Positions 29,276 through 40,339 of a stretch of DNA of 64,000 nt are shown one piece after another; position 1 is the stretch's first letter; each line of letters begins with the position of its first letter. Source of the DNA: an uncultured Aliarcobacter sp. (GTDB taxonomy: Bacteria > Campylobacterota > Campylobacteria > Campylobacterales > Arcobacteraceae); NCBI GenBank assembly GCA_963677435.1, contig OY781945.1, positions 2,112,001 to 2,176,000 of the forward strand, read 5' to 3'. The notes under the pieces are model-generated. The model had not been told where the DNA came from, did not search any database, and saw only the letters and a list, made by a program, of their open reading frames with translations. The translations under genes and the position numbers were made by a program.

Positions 29276-30274
29276 TTATGCTTTTAGTTGCTCTAATTTT
29301 CTTCTTAATGCAGAAGCAACATTTTCTGGAAGTGTATTTTCAACTGGGTAACCTAGAGATTCTAACTTCTCTGCGATTTCATCATAAGATTTTTTCCCAA
29401 GATTTTTAATATTTTTAACTTCAACTTCACTCATAAGTACTAATTCACCTAAGAATCTTAGTCCAGCTCTATCTAAAGAGTTGAAACTTCTAGCACTTAA
29501 ATTTAAATCATCAATTTTGATAACTAATTCTTTAAGTTCTAATGGCTCTTCACCACTTTCACTTACTGTTACTTCTGATAAATCAAAAACTTTATTGAAA
29601 ACTGACATTTGTGCATACATAACAGATACTGCTTCTTTAAAAGCAGTAATTGGAGAAATTTGTCCATTTGTTTGTATAGTAAATACAGCTTTTTCAAAGT
29701 TAGGATTATCTTCAACTAACATTTTTTCAATATCATAAACCACTTTTTTAACTGGTGTAAAGAAAGCATCAATAGGAATATAATCTGAACCAACGATGTC
29801 TCTAATATCTTCTGAAGGCATATATCCTATACCTCTTTGAATAATTACAGAAAAAGTTAAATTACAATCGCTATTAATTGTTGCTAAGTGAGCGTCTTTA
29901 GATACAATTTCAACATCAGAGTTAATAAGATCTTCACCTTTAATTTCTCTTGGTCCATTGAAAGAATACTCAACTACAACTTGTTCTTTATCACCATTTA
30001 TTTTAAACTTAATATTCTTTAAATTTATAACAAAAATAGCTATATCTTCTAGCATACCTCTTAATGAGTCAAACTCATGTGAAGCGCCTTCTATTTTTAC
30101 TGCAATTGGTGCATAACCAACTGAAGAACTTAATAAAAGTCTTCTTAAAGGGTGTGCCAAAGTAATTGCAAAACCATCTTCAAATGGGTATGCTGATATT
30201 TTAGCTTCATTATCACTGATAGCCTCTATTTCAACTTCAGTTGGTAAAAACGGTGTTTCTGCAAATTTTTTCAT
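29276..30274 (-). CDS. rpoA: RNA polymerase alpha subunit
   Basis: TLAHPLRRLLLSS, HEFDSL.G..ED, IPIDAFFTPV, LNLSARSFNSL, KNLGKKS. Confidence 0.98.
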   Translation of the reverse strand: MKKFAETPFLPTEVEIEAISDNEAKISAYPFEDGFAITLAHPLRRLLLSSSVGYAPIAVKIEGASHEFDSLRGMLEDIAIFVINLKNIKFKINGDKEQVVVEYSFNGPREIKGEDLINSDVEIVSKDAHLATINSDCNLTFSVIIQRGIGYMPSEDIRDIVGSDYIPIDAFFTPVKKVVYDIEKMLVEDNPNFEKAVFTIQTNGQISPITAFKEAVSVMYAQMSVFNKVFDLSEVTVSESGEEPLELKELVIKIDDLNLSARSFNSLDRAGLRFLGELVLMSEVEVKNIKNLGKKSYDEIAEKLESLGYPVENTLPENVASALRRKLEQLKA

Positions 30275-30291
30275 TAACTACCTTTTACTTA

Positions 30292-30918
30292 TTATTTAGA
30301 ATATAACTCTACGATTAATCTCTCTTCAACAGGGATAACAACTTCTTCTCTAGCTGGGATTCTTGTGAAAATTCCAAATACTTTGTCTTTATCAACATTA
30401 ACCCAATCAACCATTCCAGTTTGATTTGTTAACTCTAATGCTCTTACAACTTGAGGATTAGTTTTTGATTTTTCTTTAATTTCAATTTTTTGTCCAGGTT
30501 TTACTAAAAATGAAGGGATATCAACTTTTTTCCCATCAACTAAAACATGTCCATGAGTTGTGAATTGTCTAGCATTTGCTCTAGTTGTAGCAAATCCCAT
30601 TCTAAATACAACATTGTCTAATCTTTGTTCAATTAATGTAATAAGGTTAGCTCCTGTATTACCTTCTCTTCTAGCTGCTTCGTGGAAGTATTTTCTGAAT
30701 TGTTTTTCAGAAACACCATACATAAATTTAGCTTTTTGCTTTTCTCTTAATTGTAAACCATACTCAGAAATTTTAGCTCTTCTTTGTCCATGTTGTCCTG
30801 GAGCAAATGGTCTTTTTTCTAAAGCACTTTTACCTGATAATCTTCTCTCACCTTTAAGTCCAAGATCCGCATCAAGTCTTCTTTCGATTTTTTCTACTGG
30901 TCCTCTATATCTTGCCAT
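30292..30918 (-). CDS. rpsD: 30S ribosomal protein S4
   Basis: [41 protein letters not shown]. Confidence 0.98.
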   Translation of the reverse strand: MARYRGPVEKIERRLDADLGLKGERRLSGKSALEKRPFAPGQHGQRRAKISEYGLQLREKQKAKFMYGVSEKQFRKYFHEAARREGNTGANLITLIEQRLDNVVFRMGFATTRANARQFTTHGHVLVDGKKVDIPSFLVKPGQKIEIKEKSKTNPQVVRALELTNQTGMVDWVNVDKDKVFGIFTRIPAREEVVIPVEERLIVELYSK

Positions 30919-30928
30919 TATTTACTCC

Positions 30929-31321
30929 TTACACTCTTCTTCTTTTAGGAGGTCTACAACCATTGTGTGGTAATGGTGTAACATCTTTTAACCAAGTAAC
31001 TCTAACTCCATCCATAGCTCCAACTGCTTTAACAGCTGTATCTCTACCTGAACCTGGTCCTTGAATTTTAATTCCAACATTTTTGATTCCATGTTCCATT
31101 GCTTTTGCCATTGCATCTTCAACAGCTGCTTGAGCAGCAAATGGAGTTGATTTTTTAGAACCTTTGAATCCTAAGTTTCCAGCACTTGACCATGCGATTG
31201 CGTTTCCTGCATTATCCGTAACTGTAACCATTGTATTATTAAAACTTGCAGCAATATGTACGATACCGTCAGCAATATTTTTTCTTACAATTTTTTTTCT
31301 AGTAACTTTTCTTTTTGCCAT
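30929..31321 (-). CDS. rpsK: 30S ribosomal protein S11
   Basis: [38 protein letters not shown]. Confidence 0.98.
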   Translation of the reverse strand: MAKRKVTRKKIVRKNIADGIVHIAASFNNTMVTVTDNAGNAIAWSSAGNLGFKGSKKSTPFAAQAAVEDAMAKAMEHGIKNVGIKIQGPGSGRDTAVKAVGAMDGVRVTWLKDVTPLPHNGCRPPKRRRV

Positions 31322-31331
31322 CTACAATCCC

Positions 31332-31700
31332 TTATTTAGTTGCTGCACCAACAGTTTTCTTTTTACCTTTTCTTGTTCTAGCATTAGTTTTAGTCTTTTG
31401 CCCTCTACAAGGTAAACCTTTTCTATGTCTTAACCCTCTATATGAACCTAAGTCCATTAAAGCTTTAATATCCATAGCAACTTTTTTTCTTAAATCACCC
31501 TCAACTAAGTAGTTGTCTTGGATTTCTTTTCTGATAATTGCCGCTTCGTCTTCTGTTAATTCGAAAGCTCTTTTATTGTAATCAATTCCAACAGCATCTA
31601 AAATTAATCTAGAGTTATGTAATCCGATTCCGAAGATATACGTTAACGCATATTCCATTCTCTTTTTATTTGGTAAATCAACACCTGCGATTCTTGCCAT
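31332..31700 (-). CDS. rpsM: 30S ribosomal protein S13
   Basis: [36 protein letters not shown]. Confidence 0.98.
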   Translation of the reverse strand: MARIAGVDLPNKKRMEYALTYIFGIGLHNSRLILDAVGIDYNKRAFELTEDEAAIIRKEIQDNYLVEGDLRKKVAMDIKALMDLGSYRGLRHRKGLPCRGQKTKTNARTRKGKKKTVGAATK

Positions 31701-31705
31701 GTGCC

Positions 31706-31819
31706 TTATCCTTGTCTCTGTTTATGTTTTTTGTTTTCGCAGATTACTCTTACGACACCTCTTCTTTTGATAACCTTACATTTATCACACATTTTCTTTA
31801 CTGAAGCTCTTACTTTCAT
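31706..31819 (-). CDS. rpmJ: 50S ribosomal protein L36 (below ORF-track cutoff)
   Basis: Manual translation [46 protein letters not shown]. Confidence 0.97.
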   Translation of the reverse strand: MKVRASVKKMCDKCKVIKRRGVVRVICENKKHKQRQG

Positions 31820-31848
31820 AAGTCTGTCTCCTCTTTTTTTGTGTTGTT

Positions 31849-31967
31849 TCCACTTTCAACAGGAAAAAGCCTTAAAAAATAAATATATTTTATTTTTCAG
31901 CTTTTACCAACCCTTTATAAAATAGAAAATATTTTATAAAAACTTCCTCGATGGTTGAAAAAATGGA
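31849..31967 (-). promoter_or_regulatory. Structured 5' leader of the rpmJ-rplQ operon (candidate r-leader), just downstream of a TATAAT -10 at ~31973-31978
   Basis: Outer stem TCCACTTTCAAC/GTTGAAA-AAA-TGGA plus AGGAA/TTCCT, enclosing two hairpins (31864-31905 and 31914-31940). Confidence 0.5.
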
Positions 31968-32078
31968 GTTGGATTATAATTAATTTTTACTTAAAGCTAG
32001 TTGAATATAGTATAGATATCTAAATTAATTGTAATTATTGTAGTATTTCAAAAATAATGATTATCAAAAGGATTAGCT

Positions 32079-32441
32079 TTGTCTATAATTTATAAAAATG
32101 ATTTAATAAAAATAGAAATTGAAAACTCAGAAATACCCTGGCTTAAAATATTTACAATAGAAGATATAAAAGAATTTTCTCAATGTAATAGCCAAACTAA
32201 ACAAGAGATATTTAAATATCTTGATATTATTGAAAAAGAGATGTTAGATTATTTCAATCCTAAAAAAATAAATATTGCTTCTTTTGGAAATTATCTTCCC
32301 CATGTACATTTTCACATTATGGCTAGATTTGAAGAAGATTCATATTTTCCAGAACCAATGTGGGGGGAAAAACAAAGAGTTGCAAATTTAAATCTACCCT
32401 CTTTTGAAGAATTTTATGAAATTTTAAAAAAGAAGCTCTAA
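32079..32441 (+). CDS. HIT family hydrolase
   Basis: INIASFGNYLPHVHFHI histidine triad. Confidence 0.92.
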   Translation: MSIIYKNDLIKIEIENSEIPWLKIFTIEDIKEFSQCNSQTKQEIFKYLDIIEKEMLDYFNPKKINIASFGNYLPHVHFHIMARFEEDSYFPEPMWGEKQRVANLNLPSFEEFYEILKKKL

Positions 32442-32453
32442 AAGCTTCTTTTT
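32426..32453. terminator. Bidirectional terminator
   Basis: AAAAAAGAAGCT-CTAAA-AGCTTCTTTTT between convergent genes. Confidence 0.7.
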
Positions 32454-33387
32454 ATCCATCTTGATTAATTTGTTTAATTAACTCTTCTAAAACAACTAAC
32501 GAATCTTTTTCATCAATTTGACATCCACCTGCTGCTTCATGGCCACCACCACCATATTTAAGCATAAGTTCTCCAACATTTGTTTTTGAAGATTTATTAA
32601 TTATTGATTTTCCAACACTAAAGGCAACTTTTTCTTTATCTTTTGCCCACATTATATGTATTGAAATATTTTGTTCTGGATTCATTGCATAAATCATAAA
32701 TCTATTTCCAGGATAAATGATTTCTTCATATCTATAATCAATTATTAGTAAATTATCTTTTATTGTTGTTACTTTTTTTAGTTGTTCTTTAAATTCATTT
32801 TCATATTTAAAATATAAATCTGTTCTTTCTTTTACATCTGGTAATTCAAGTATTTGATCAATATTGTGTTTTGCACAATATCTAATTAAATCCATCATAA
32901 GCTGATAATTTGAAATTTTAAAATCTTTAAATCTTCCCAAACCTGTTCTTGAATCCATTATGAAACTAAGTAATGCCCAAGCTCTTGGGTTTAAGATATC
33001 ATCTTCAACAAAATCTGCACTATCTGCTTTATTTGCTCCATTCATCATTCCTGTGAAATATCCAGGGAAAGCATTATCTCCATCATAATAATCATAAACA
33101 ACTTGTGCAGCACTTGGAGCATTTGCATTTATAATATGATTATCTTTTTTTTCATTTCTTAATGTTTCTGAATAGTGGTGATCAAAAGCTAAATATACTC
33201 CTTCAACATAAGGAAGATTTGTAGTAATATCATTTGGAGTAACTGTAATTTTTCCATCTTGCATATCTTTTGGATGAACAAATATAATTTCATCAATAAT
33301 ATCTAAGTATATAAGTAGTGTTCCACATACTAGACCATCCATATCACTTCTTGTAATTAATCTGTATTTTTTATTCATATTTATCAC
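32452..33387 (-). CDS. DHH/DHHA1 phosphoesterase (nanoRNase/exopolyphosphatase-like)
   Basis: TRSDMDG, FDHH, GGGHEAAGG. Confidence 0.85.
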   Translation of the reverse strand: MINMNKKYRLITRSDMDGLVCGTLLIYLDIIDEIIFVHPKDMQDGKITVTPNDITTNLPYVEGVYLAFDHHYSETLRNEKKDNHIINANAPSAAQVVYDYYDGDNAFPGYFTGMMNGANKADSADFVEDDILNPRAWALLSFIMDSRTGLGRFKDFKISNYQLMMDLIRYCAKHNIDQILELPDVKERTDLYFKYENEFKEQLKKVTTIKDNLLIIDYRYEEIIYPGNRFMIYAMNPEQNISIHIMWAKDKEKVAFSVGKSIINKSSKTNVGELMLKYGGGGHEAAGGCQIDEKDSLVVLEELIKQINQDG

Positions 33388-33463
33388 CGAATTTTTGATT
33401 TTATCTTATCATAGTAAATGTTAATTATATTTAAAATAGTTATTATTTAATTTAAAAATAGAG

Positions 33464-33486
33464 AAAGAGAGCGTATTGCTCTCTTT
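33464..33486 (-). terminator. Intrinsic terminator after leuB
   Basis: AAAGAGAGC-GTATT-GCTCTCTTT. Confidence 0.7.
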
Positions 33487-33487
33487 A

Positions 33488-34555
33488 TTATTTGTTTATA
33501 TATTTAACGATTAAATCGCCCATAGCAGTAGTATTTAAAACTTCAATAGCGTCAAATCCAGCTAAATCTTTTGTTCTATATCCATCTTTTAATGCAGCTT
33601 TTATTGCGTCTTCTATCATATCAGCAGCTTTAATTTCATTTAATGAATATCTTAACATCATTGAAGCACTTAAAATTGTTGCAATTGGATTTGCAATTCC
33701 CATTCCTGCAATATCAGGAGCTGAACCATGAATTGGTTCATAAATTGCAGTTTTATCTCCTGTTGAAGCTGATGGTAATAATCCAATTGATCCCACAACC
33801 ATTGAAGCTGTATCAGATAGAATATCTCCAAAAATATTTCCAGTTACAATAACATCAAATTGTTTTGGATTTCTTACAAGTTGCATAGCTGCATTATCTA
33901 CATACATATGTGAAAGAGTTACTTCTGGATAATCTTTTGATAATTCATTCATAGTGTCTCTCCAAAGTTGAGAAACTTCTAGAACATTTGCTTTATCAAC
34001 AGAACAAACTCTTTTATCTCTTTTCATAGCTAATTCAAATGCTTGTTTACCAATTCTTACAATTTCTGGTTTTGTATAAACCATTGTGTTATAAGCTTTA
34101 AATCCATCATTTGCTCTTGGTTGACCAAAATAAATTCCACCAATTAACTCTCGTACCACCATAATATCACAACCCTTAATTACTTCAGGTTTTAGTGTTG
34201 AAGCATTTACAAGTTCGTCATAAACAATAGCAGGTCTAAGATTTGCATAAACACCCATCTCTTCTCTAAACTTTAAAAGTCCAGTTTCAGGTCTTAATTC
34301 TCTTGGTAATGAATCCCATTTTTCTCCACCAATAGAACCAAATAAACAAGCATCAGAATCTAAAACACCAGTTACAGTTTCAGCAGGAAGTGGAACACCA
34401 GTAGTATCAATAGCAATTCCACCCATTAAGTATTCTTTATATGATAATTCAAAATCACATTTTTTAGAAACTGCATTTAATACTTTTATTGCTTCATCAA
34501 CGATTTCTGGTCCTATCCCATCACCTTTGATTATTGAAATATTATATTTAGTCAT
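33488..34555 (-). CDS. leuB: 3-isopropylmalate dehydrogenase
   Basis: [49 protein letters not shown]. Confidence 0.97.
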   Translation of the reverse strand: MTKYNISIIKGDGIGPEIVDEAIKVLNAVSKKCDFELSYKEYLMGGIAIDTTGVPLPAETVTGVLDSDACLFGSIGGEKWDSLPRELRPETGLLKFREEMGVYANLRPAIVYDELVNASTLKPEVIKGCDIMVVRELIGGIYFGQPRANDGFKAYNTMVYTKPEIVRIGKQAFELAMKRDKRVCSVDKANVLEVSQLWRDTMNELSKDYPEVTLSHMYVDNAAMQLVRNPKQFDVIVTGNIFGDILSDTASMVVGSIGLLPSASTGDKTAIYEPIHGSAPDIAGMGIANPIATILSASMMLRYSLNEIKAADMIEDAIKAALKDGYRTKDLAGFDAIEVLNTTAMGDLIVKYINK

Positions 34556-35058
34556 TATTTATTTCCTCTTCCCATTTCAGCTTTTGCGTAATTAATTAAT
34601 CCACCAGCGGCAATTAATTCTTGCATAAAAGGAGGAATAGCAGTAAAATCATAAGTTTTATTTGTTGTATTATTTATAATTTTACCATTATCTAAATCTA
34701 TTGAAATTTCGTCACCCTCTTTAATCTCTAAAGATTCTGGTAATTCAAATATTGGTAAACCCATATTAAAAGCATTTCTATAAAAAATTCTTGCAAATGA
34801 TGGTGCAACAACAGCAGCAACTCCAGCAGCTTTAAGTGCAATTGGAGCATGTTCTCTACTTGAACCACATCCAAAATTTTCACCTGCAACTATAATATCG
34901 CCTCTTTGTAACTTTTTAGGAAAATCAGGATCAGCATCTTCCATAACATATTTTGCTAAATGTTCAGGATCTGAACTATTTAAATATCTAGCTGCAATAA
35001 TAACATCTGTGTCAATATTTGCCCCAAAATTCCATACTTTTCCAGTTATTTTATTCAT
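34555..35058 (-). CDS. leuD: 3-isopropylmalate dehydratase small subunit (short type-2)
   Basis: [40 protein letters not shown] before MNKIT. Confidence 0.95.
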   Translation of the reverse strand: MNKITGKVWNFGANIDTDVIIAARYLNSSDPEHLAKYVMEDADPDFPKKLQRGDIIVAGENFGCGSSREHAPIALKAAGVAAVVAPSFARIFYRNAFNMGLPIFELPESLEIKEGDEISIDLDNGKIINNTTNKTYDFTAIPPFMQELIAAGGLINYAKAEMGRGNK

Positions 35059-35175
35059 ATTATATGTCCTTGAATTTAACAAATTTAAAATTTATTAAAT
35101 ATTATTTTCAAAAAAAAGGCATTTTAGCCAATTTTTCAGTAATATTTGTTTAAATACCTTTTTTTTAATTAAATG

Positions 35176-35196
35176 TTTAACTATTTTGGGTATAAT
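35176..35196 (+). promoter_or_regulatory. Sigma70-type promoter of rpoD
   Basis: TTTAA...TATAAT (35191-35196) with upstream T-tracts; GAGGA RBS before ATG 35233. Confidence 0.55.
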
Positions 35197-35232
35197 ATCC
35201 GACCATCTTAGAAAAGAGGATTCCCTAATACA

Positions 35233-37119
35233 ATGAGCGTAAAAGATATAAATAAAACTATCGAGCAATTAGTAAAAGAGTACAAAGATTCAGTACTTAC
35301 TTACGAAAAAATTATTAAAATCTTTCCTAAAGCACCTTCTGGTCCAAACATCAAAAAACTTCTAGCTTTAATACAGTTATGTAATGTTACTGTAATTAGT
35401 TCTCAAGAACAAGCAAAAAGAATGAATGCCGAAGAAGCTAAAAAAAGAAAAGAATTAAGAGAAAAGTTAATAGAAAATGAAGATGATGTTTACGATTTAT
35501 TGAAAAATAAAGAGTTACTTGAGTGGTCAAGATCAGATTCACCTGTTAGAATGTATTTAAGAGAAATGGGGCAAATTCCATTACTTACTAAAGAAGAAGA
35601 GATTGAAATCTCTAAAAAAATTGAAATGGGTGAAGATATTATTCTTGATGCTATTTGTTATGTTCCATACTTAATAGATTTCATATTAGAATATAAAGAA
35701 CCTTTAGTAAATAGAGAAAGAAAAGTAAAAGAGTTATTTAGAAATTTTGATGATGATGATTCTGAAAGTGAAGAAGAAGATGACATCGAAGATGAAGTTG
35801 TAGATGATGATGACGATTCTGAGTCTTCAGATGAAGATGATAGTGAAAAAACTAGTGCTAAAAAATTAAAAAAACTTGATAAAAGAGCACAAACTATTAT
35901 TGAAGCATTTAAAATTTTAGAAAAAGCTAAAAAAGATTGGCTTAAATTTTCACTTAAAGAAACAGCAAAATCAGATGATGAAGTAGATCAAATGACTTTT
36001 AATCTTGCAGTTGCATTTAAAAAGAAAATTTTAAAAGAAGCTTTACTTGATTTAGGACCTACTTCTAAATTAATTACAGAAATTGTAAAAGCAATGGAAA
36101 CAGCTTTAAAATCTGATACAGGTTTTGATGGTGAATTAAAAAGATTAGAGTATAAATTACCTTTATTTAATGAAACACTATTAAAAAACCATAAAAAGAT
36201 TTTAGATAACATTGTAAATTTAACAAAAGCACAAATTACATCAATGGTTCCAGAAGCTACAATGGTTTCTTCTTATATGGAAATTAAAAAACTTTTCCAA
36301 ACTAAAGAGGCTTCAAAAGGTGGATTTGATTTAGCACCTGAAGAGTTAAAAGATGTTCTTGAACAAATTAAAAGAGGTAAACAAATTACTGATACTTCTA
36401 AAACAAGAATGGCAAAATCTAACCTTAGACTAGTTGTATCAATTGCAAAAAGATATACAAACAGAGGTTTACCATTCCTTGACTTAATTCAAGAAGGAAA
36501 TATCGGTCTTATGAAGGCTGTTGATAAGTTTGAATATAAAAAAGGTTATAAATTCTCTACTTATGCAACATGGTGGATTAGACAGGCAATTTCTAGAGCA
36601 ATCGCAGATCAAGCTAGAACTATTAGAATTCCTATACATATGATTGAGACTATTAATAGAATTAATAAGATTATCAGAAAAGGTATTCAAGAAAATGGTA
36701 AAGAGCCAGATGTAGATGAAATCGCAAAAGAAGTTGGACTTCCTGTTGATAAAGTAAAACAAGTAATCAAAATCACAAAAGAGCCTGTATCTTTAGAAGC
36801 TCCAATTGGAAGTGATGACGATGGTAAATTTGGAGATTTCGTTCCTGATGAAAAAGCTCCAACACCAGTTGATAATATTATGAAAGAAGATTTACAAGGT
36901 CAAATTGATCAAATTCTTGGTCAATTAAATGAAAGAGAACAAGCTGTTATTAGAATGAGATTTGGTCTTATGGAAGATGCAAGTGATAGAACATTAGAAG
37001 AAATTGGAAAAGAACTTTCTGTAACAAGAGAGAGAGTTAGACAAATTGAATCAAGTGCTATTAAGAAATTGAAGCATCCAAAAGTAGGAAAAAATCTTAA
37101 AAACTATGTAGAAAGTTAA
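35233..37119 (+). CDS. rpoD: Primary sigma factor RpoD
   Basis: [61 protein letters not shown]. Confidence 0.98.
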   Translation: MSVKDINKTIEQLVKEYKDSVLTYEKIIKIFPKAPSGPNIKKLLALIQLCNVTVISSQEQAKRMNAEEAKKRKELREKLIENEDDVYDLLKNKELLEWSRSDSPVRMYLREMGQIPLLTKEEEIEISKKIEMGEDIILDAICYVPYLIDFILEYKEPLVNRERKVKELFRNFDDDDSESEEEDDIEDEVVDDDDDSESSDEDDSEKTSAKKLKKLDKRAQTIIEAFKILEKAKKDWLKFSLKETAKSDDEVDQMTFNLAVAFKKKILKEALLDLGPTSKLITEIVKAMETALKSDTGFDGELKRLEYKLPLFNETLLKNHKKILDNIVNLTKAQITSMVPEATMVSSYMEIKKLFQTKEASKGGFDLAPEELKDVLEQIKRGKQITDTSKTRMAKSNLRLVVSIAKRYTNRGLPFLDLIQEGNIGLMKAVDKFEYKKGYKFSTYATWWIRQAISRAIADQARTIRIPIHMIETINRINKIIRKGIQENGKEPDVDEIAKEVGLPVDKVKQVIKITKEPVSLEAPIGSDDDGKFGDFVPDEKAPTPVDNIMKEDLQGQIDQILGQLNEREQAVIRMRFGLMEDASDRTLEEIGKELSVTRERVRQIESSAIKKLKHPKVGKNLKNYVES

Positions 37120-37123
37120 TATT

Positions 37124-37804
37124 ATGAGTTTTTTTGAAGAGTGGGTTGAATTAGATTTAAATCCAATTTTATCTTTTTCATCAAGTGCAAAAATTATTTA
37201 TTCTAATTCAGAAGCTCAATTTTTATTAAATAGAATAAAACAAAAAGAGCTTTTTGATTTAGCTTTAACATACGCCCCAAAAACATTTGGGGCGCAGACT
37301 TCTTATATTGATTTAAATATCAAAAATTACACATTTTATGCAGTAACTGTAATGTATGAAAATGAAGATGAAATCCATATGAAACTTTATAAAAGTGCGA
37401 TGGTAAAAAAAGAATCAAAACTTAATATAAAAAATATAAATACAACAAATATCTTTACTTTAGTTGATTTAGCAATTTCAACAAGTAAAATAAAAAACGA
37501 TATTAATTTTACGAAAAATTATGATCCTTCTATTCCTGAATTTAAATTAGATGCTAGTTCATTTATAAAAACACTAAATGGTGTTTTTGAAGTTTTTAAA
37601 GACAAAAATAGTGTAACTTGTTCTATTTTATTAAAAATTGGAGAGTATATTAAAATTGATAATAAAAAGTACTCTTTAATAAGTGTGGAAATATTCTCAA
37701 ATGAGAAAAATGATTTTTCATCATTAAATATAAAAGATAATAACTCTTTCATTTTAACTTCCGATGAGAACAAGGTAACTATTGATTTACCTTTAATTCT
37801 CTAA
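37124..37804 (+). CDS. Hypothetical protein: PAS-like N-terminus + degenerate HATPase-like C-terminus
   Basis: NPILSFSSSAKIIYSNSEAQFLL (PAS start); NFTKNYDPSIPEF (NtrB-like 'DYDPSLPE'). Confidence 0.6.
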   Translation: MSFFEEWVELDLNPILSFSSSAKIIYSNSEAQFLLNRIKQKELFDLALTYAPKTFGAQTSYIDLNIKNYTFYAVTVMYENEDEIHMKLYKSAMVKKESKLNIKNINTTNIFTLVDLAISTSKIKNDINFTKNYDPSIPEFKLDASSFIKTLNGVFEVFKDKNSVTCSILLKIGEYIKIDNKKYSLISVEIFSNEKNDFSSLNIKDNNSFILTSDENKVTIDLPLIL

Positions 37805-37808
37805 ATTT

Positions 37809-38366
37809 TCAAAGCTTTTTTTCAATAAGCTTTGAAAATAAAACTCCAATAGGAACAATTCCTAATCCAATTAAAAAAGCAATTGGTAAAAATATCTTAT
37901 TATTATTTAAAGCAAAAAAACCAAATATTAAAATTCCATAACCTAAAACTCTATAAATAGAAATAAATCCACTTGCAGAAAAAAGAGTATTTTTAAAAGA
38001 GTTTCTTTTTACTTTTGCTTTTTCATCGTTTATTATTTCTTTTATTTTTTCACTTGTTAATTCATCTTCTGGTATCTCTTTATATTCAGTATATAAATCA
38101 TAAGGATCATCTATCTCATCTATTTTATCCCTATCAACACCTTCATTTATTTGAGTTAAATCGAGATTTGATAATCTATTTTGAATATTTCTTTTATAAG
38201 ATAAAAAAGTAGCAATAGTAATTAATATAGAAGAACAAAATGCAACTTGAGTATTTAAAAACCATAAATTACTTTGAAAGACTAAAGAGTAAATTATCAT
38301 ACAAAGGTCTAAAAAAATAAAGACCTTTGCAAATTTTAATATTTCTGGATTAATCTTCATCATCAT
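37809..38366 (-). CDS. Hypothetical membrane protein (AtpI-like position)
   Basis: Four TM segments with an acidic loop (DEIDDPYDLY); follows the AtpZ-like gene; start placed at the MMMK run. Confidence 0.65.
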   Translation of the reverse strand: MMMKINPEILKFAKVFIFLDLCMIIYSLVFQSNLWFLNTQVAFCSSILITIATFLSYKRNIQNRLSNLDLTQINEGVDRDKIDEIDDPYDLYTEYKEIPEDELTSEKIKEIINDEKAKVKRNSFKNTLFSASGFISIYRVLGYGILIFGFFALNNNKIFLPIAFLIGLGIVPIGVLFSKLIEKKL

Positions 38367-38664
38367 CTTTGTCAAAAGATTTATCTCCATGTTTTGCTCT
38401 ATAAGCATATCTTGGGTCATTTTCCATACCCTCAAACTCTTTTTGGGCTCTTTTATATGCTCTATATACATTCATGATAGCAGCAGCAATTCCCCAAGCA
38501 ATTCCAAGCCATAAAGTCCATGTATATCCAGTTAATTGCTTTAAACCATATCCAACACCAAAACCTATAATAATTGCAGCAACAATTGATATTCCTAAAG
38601 ATAAATTATCTAAAGCAATAACCTTATCTTGATGTTTTGGTTTATTGTTATTTTGATTATCCAT
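38350..38664 (-). CDS. AtpZ/AtpI (ATPase gene 1) family protein
   Basis: LSLGISIVAAIIIGFGVGY...LWLGIAWGIAAAIMNVYRAYK. Confidence 0.8.
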   Translation of the reverse strand: MDNQNNNKPKHQDKVIALDNLSLGISIVAAIIIGFGVGYGLKQLTGYTWTLWLGIAWGIAAAIMNVYRAYKRAQKEFEGMENDPRYAYRAKHGDKSFDKDDDED

Positions 38665-38678
38665 TTAATTAACCAAAA

Positions 38679-38996
38679 TTATGCAATATATGTACAACAA
38701 TAATCTGTTATTTCTAAAACTTTTATTTCAAAACTACAATTTGCAGGTACTTCAAAATATTCTCCACCACTTATTGTTTCCCAGTTGCTATCACCACAAG
38801 CTATTAAAATCTCAACTTTTCCTGAGATTATTTCCATGTGTTCTGCTTCATTTGTTCCAAAAGTATACTCACCTGGCATCATAATACCTAAAGATTTTCT
38901 AACTCCATTTTCATCAACAAAACCTCTACTTGTTACTTTTCCATCAAAATAGATATTTGCTTTTTTTGTTAATTCTACATTTTTAATTGTTGGCAT
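38679..38996 (-). CDS. ppnP: Pyrimidine/purine nucleoside phosphorylase (DUF1255)
   Basis: ANIYFDGKVTSR, LGIMMPGEYTFGT, F.VPAN.SF, DYCC.Y. Confidence 0.92.
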   Translation of the reverse strand: MPTIKNVELTKKANIYFDGKVTSRGFVDENGVRKSLGIMMPGEYTFGTNEAEHMEIISGKVEILIACGDSNWETISGGEYFEVPANCSFEIKVLEITDYCCTYIA

Positions 38997-39009
38997 TTAA
39001 ATTTCCTTT

Positions 39010-40296
39010 TTATAAATTTTTCATAATTTCATCAGCTGCATTTAGGCAAGCGTCAATATCTTCATTTGTAATAACTGTAGAGATGAATCCTAACTCATAT
39101 TGACTACAAGCAAAATAGAATCCTCTTTTTATCATTTCTCTATGAAATGTTGCGAATCTTTTAAAATCACAATTATTAACATCTTTAAAGTTTTTAGGCT
39201 CTTTTTCACAAAAGAAAAACCCAAACATACTTCCTCTTACTGTTGTTTGAAAAGGAATATTATATTTTGAAGCAACTTCTTTTAAACCATTCATCAATCT
39301 TGTAGATTTTGCAGTAAGTTCCTCATAAATAGCTGGATTTGCTTTTAATTTTCTCAAACTTGTAAGTCCTGCAGCCATTGCAACTGGATTTCCACTTAAT
39401 GTTCCAGCTTGATAGATTTTTCCCTCAGGACTTAATTGTGACATTATTTTACTATTTGATGCAAATGCGCCAACTGGCATACCAGCACCAATTACTTTTC
39501 CAAAAGTAATAATATCTGCTTGAGGTTTAACAACTCCACTAGCTCCAGTTAAACTTGCTCTAAATCCTGACATTACTTCATCATAAATTAATAAAGTACC
39601 ATTTTCATCACATAATTTTCTACAAGCTTCTAAAAACTCAATATCAGCAGGAATTAATCCCATATTTCCAGCAATTGGCTCAATAATAATACAAGCAATA
39701 TCAGAACTTTCTTCAAAACATTTTTTTAAGTTTTCAATGTTGTTATATTCGCATAAAAGTGTATGTTTAGTTAAATCAGCAGGAACACCTGGACTGCTTG
39801 GAGCTCCACAAGTTGCCATTCCAGAACCAGCTTGTACTAATAATGAATCAGAGTGTCCATGATAACAACCCTCAAACTTAATAATATCACTTTTTCCAGT
39901 AACACCTCTTGCTAATCTAATAGCGCTCATAGTAGCTTCAGTTCCGCTACTTACAAATCTAACTTTATCAATATTGTCGTACATTTCAACAATTTCACTT
40001 GCAAGTTCAGTTTCTAAAACTGTTGGTGCACCAAAAGATAAACCATTTTTTGCTGTTTTAATTACTGCTTCTTCAATATCTTTATCACAATGTCCAAAAA
40101 TAAGAGGGCCCCAACTTTGTACAAAATCTAAATATTTATTTCCATCAATATCAATTAAATAAGCACCCTCACCTTTTGCAATAAAAGGAGGAGTTCCTCC
40201 AACACTATTAAAAGCACGAACAGGTGAGTCAACCCCGCCTGGTATTACTTTTTTTGCTTCTTCATAAGCATTTATAGATTTTTCAAACATATACAT
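39010..40296 (-). CDS. hemL: Glutamate-1-semialdehyde 2,1-aminomutase
   Basis: [60 protein letters not shown]. Confidence 0.97.
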   Translation of the reverse strand: MYMFEKSINAYEEAKKVIPGGVDSPVRAFNSVGGTPPFIAKGEGAYLIDIDGNKYLDFVQSWGPLIFGHCDKDIEEAVIKTAKNGLSFGAPTVLETELASEIVEMYDNIDKVRFVSSGTEATMSAIRLARGVTGKSDIIKFEGCYHGHSDSLLVQAGSGMATCGAPSSPGVPADLTKHTLLCEYNNIENLKKCFEESSDIACIIIEPIAGNMGLIPADIEFLEACRKLCDENGTLLIYDEVMSGFRASLTGASGVVKPQADIITFGKVIGAGMPVGAFASNSKIMSQLSPEGKIYQAGTLSGNPVAMAAGLTSLRKLKANPAIYEELTAKSTRLMNGLKEVASKYNIPFQTTVRGSMFGFFFCEKEPKNFKDVNNCDFKRFATFHREMIKRGFYFACSQYELGFISTVITNEDIDACLNAADEIMKNL

Positions 40297-40339
40297 TCCT
40301 ATTAATCATTTATTATTGTAATTGTACTATAATCGCGCT

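Noticed and set aside
32362..32367. G6 run in the HIT gene as a possible phase-variation tract
   Set aside because: Too short and in frame (Trp-Gly-Glu codons); no longer poly-G/C tracts seen.
35749..35845. GAT/GAA-rich quasi-repeat inside rpoD
   Set aside because: Encodes the ordinary acidic non-conserved region of primary sigma factors.
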